Shown: one piece after another, positions 63,009 through 64,000 of the stretch | Position numbering within the stretch: position 1 is the stretch's first letter | Layout: each line of letters begins with the position of its first letter | NCBI RefSeq assembly: GCF_964213995.1 | Contig: NC_135820.1 | Location: forward strand, 32,426,001 to 32,490,000 | Reading direction: 5' to 3' | Length of the DNA stretch: 64,000 bases | DNA from: Mustelus asterias | Taxonomy: Eukaryota | Position numbers and translations under genes: made by a program | The notes under the pieces: model-generated | What the model saw: the letters and a program-made list of their open reading frames with translations, nothing else | Told to the model about the DNA's origin: nothing | Databases searched by the model: none

Positions 63009-64000
63009 ATCCCGAAGATACACAAGGCAAACACACCCAGCCGTCCCATTGCATCGGGCAATGGGACCCTGTGTGAGAACCTCTCCGGCTATGTCGAGGG
63101 CATCCTGAAACCCATTGTACAAAGAACCCCCAGCTTTTGTCGCGACACTACGGACTTCCTACAGAAACTCAGCACACATGGAGCAGTTGAACCAGGAGCA
63201 CTCGTCACAACGGATGTCTCGGCACTCTACACCAGCATCCCCCACGATAATGGCATTGCTGCAACGGCCTCAGTGCTCAGCGCCGACAACTGCCAGTTTC
63301 CAGATGCAATTTTACAACTCATCCGCTTCATCCTGGACCACAATGTCTTCACCTTCAACAACCAGTTCTTCATCCAGACACACAGAACAGCCATGGGGAC
63401 CAAATTCGCACCTCAATATGCCAACATCTTCATGCACAGGTTCGAACAAGACTTCTTCACCGCACAGGACCTTCAACCGATGCTATACACTAGATACATC
63501 GATGATATTTTCTTCCTTTGGACTCATGGTGAGCAATCCCTGAAACAATTATATGATGACATCAACAAGTTCCATCCCACCATCAGACTCACCATGGACT
63601 ACTCTCTGGAATCGGTTGCATTCTTGGACATCAAGGATGGTTACCTCAGCACCTCACTGTACTGCAAGCCGACGGAAAACCTCACGATGCTCTACTTCTC
63701 CAGCTTCCACCCGAAACACGTTAAAGAAGCCATGCCCTATGGACAAGCCCTCCGTATACACAGGATCTGCTCGGATGAGGAGGATCGCAACAGACACCTC
63801 CAGACGCTGAAAGATGCCCTCATAAGAACAGGATATGGCGCTCGACTCATCGATCGACAGTTCCGACGCGCCACAGTGAAAAGCCGCACCGACCTCAGAA
63901 GAGAAACACGGGACACGGCGGACAGAGTACCCTTCATCGTCCAGTACTTCCCCGGAGCGGAGAAGCTACGGCATCTCCTCCGGAGCCTTCAACATGTCAT
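63009..64000 (+). CDS. Penelope-like (Neptune-type) reverse transcriptase, 5'-truncated, runs off the window
   Basis: Manual translation gives a stop-free frame of about 330 codons: PKIHKANTPSRPIASG...RDTTDFL...DVSALYTSIPH...TAMGTKFAPQYANIFM...RYIDDIFFLW...FLD...SSFHPKHVKEAMPYGQALRIHRICS. It is absent from the ORF track because it has no stop in the window. Confidence 0.9.
   Translation, partial: MPKIHKANTPSRPIASGNGTLCENLSGYVEGILKPIVQRTPSFCRDTTDFLQKLSTHGAVEPGALVTTDVSALYTSIPHDNGIAATASVLSADNCQFPDAILQLIRFILDHNVFTFNNQFFIQTHRTAMGTKFAPQYANIFMHRFEQDFFTAQDLQPMLYTRYIDDIFFLWTHGEQSLKQLYDDINKFHPTIRLTMDYSLESVAFLDIKDGYLSTSLYCKPTENLTMLYFSSFHPKHVKEAMPYGQALRIHRICSDEEDRNRHLQTLKDALIRTGYGARLIDRQFRRATVKSRTDLRRETRDTADRVPFIVQYFPGAEKLRHLLRSLQHV

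Noticed and set aside
63115-63810. ORFs 63115-63543 and 63553-63810
   Set aside because: These are alternative frames overlapping the real Penelope RT frame.

Overview
Repeat-dense vertebrate genomic DNA, most likely shark/elasmobranch (inferred from HE1-type V-SINEs, a DeuSINE/SacSINE1-like element and CR1 LINEs). No host protein-coding exon could be supported, so the window reads as intergenic or deep intronic. Almost all ORFs in the track are transposon-derived or spurious. Mobile elements present: CR1, L2 and Rex1/Babar LINE fragments; about 12 V-SINE copies with two alternative 3' tails; a decayed full-length Mag-type Gypsy element (54.8-60.7 kb); an internally deleted LTR element with a perfect 5-bp TSD (39.4-41.05 kb); solo LTRs; Harbinger-type elements with Myb/SANT pseudo-exons and minisatellites; and a stop-free Penelope-like RT frame running off the right edge. 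Most notable: (i) two families of short hairpin insertions with 10-14 bp TSDs, derived from Penelope pseudo-LTRs, the longer copies carrying minimal hammerhead ribozyme motifs on both strands; (ii) a CR1-group LINE with a tRNA-like Pol III head and no room for ORF1, together with its own head+tail SINE derivative; (iii) a SINE plus about 230 bp of flank duplicated 25 kb away and re-capped with a new SINE-type tail. Boundaries without a stated TSD are approximate. Family assignments come from motif recognition, not database searches.
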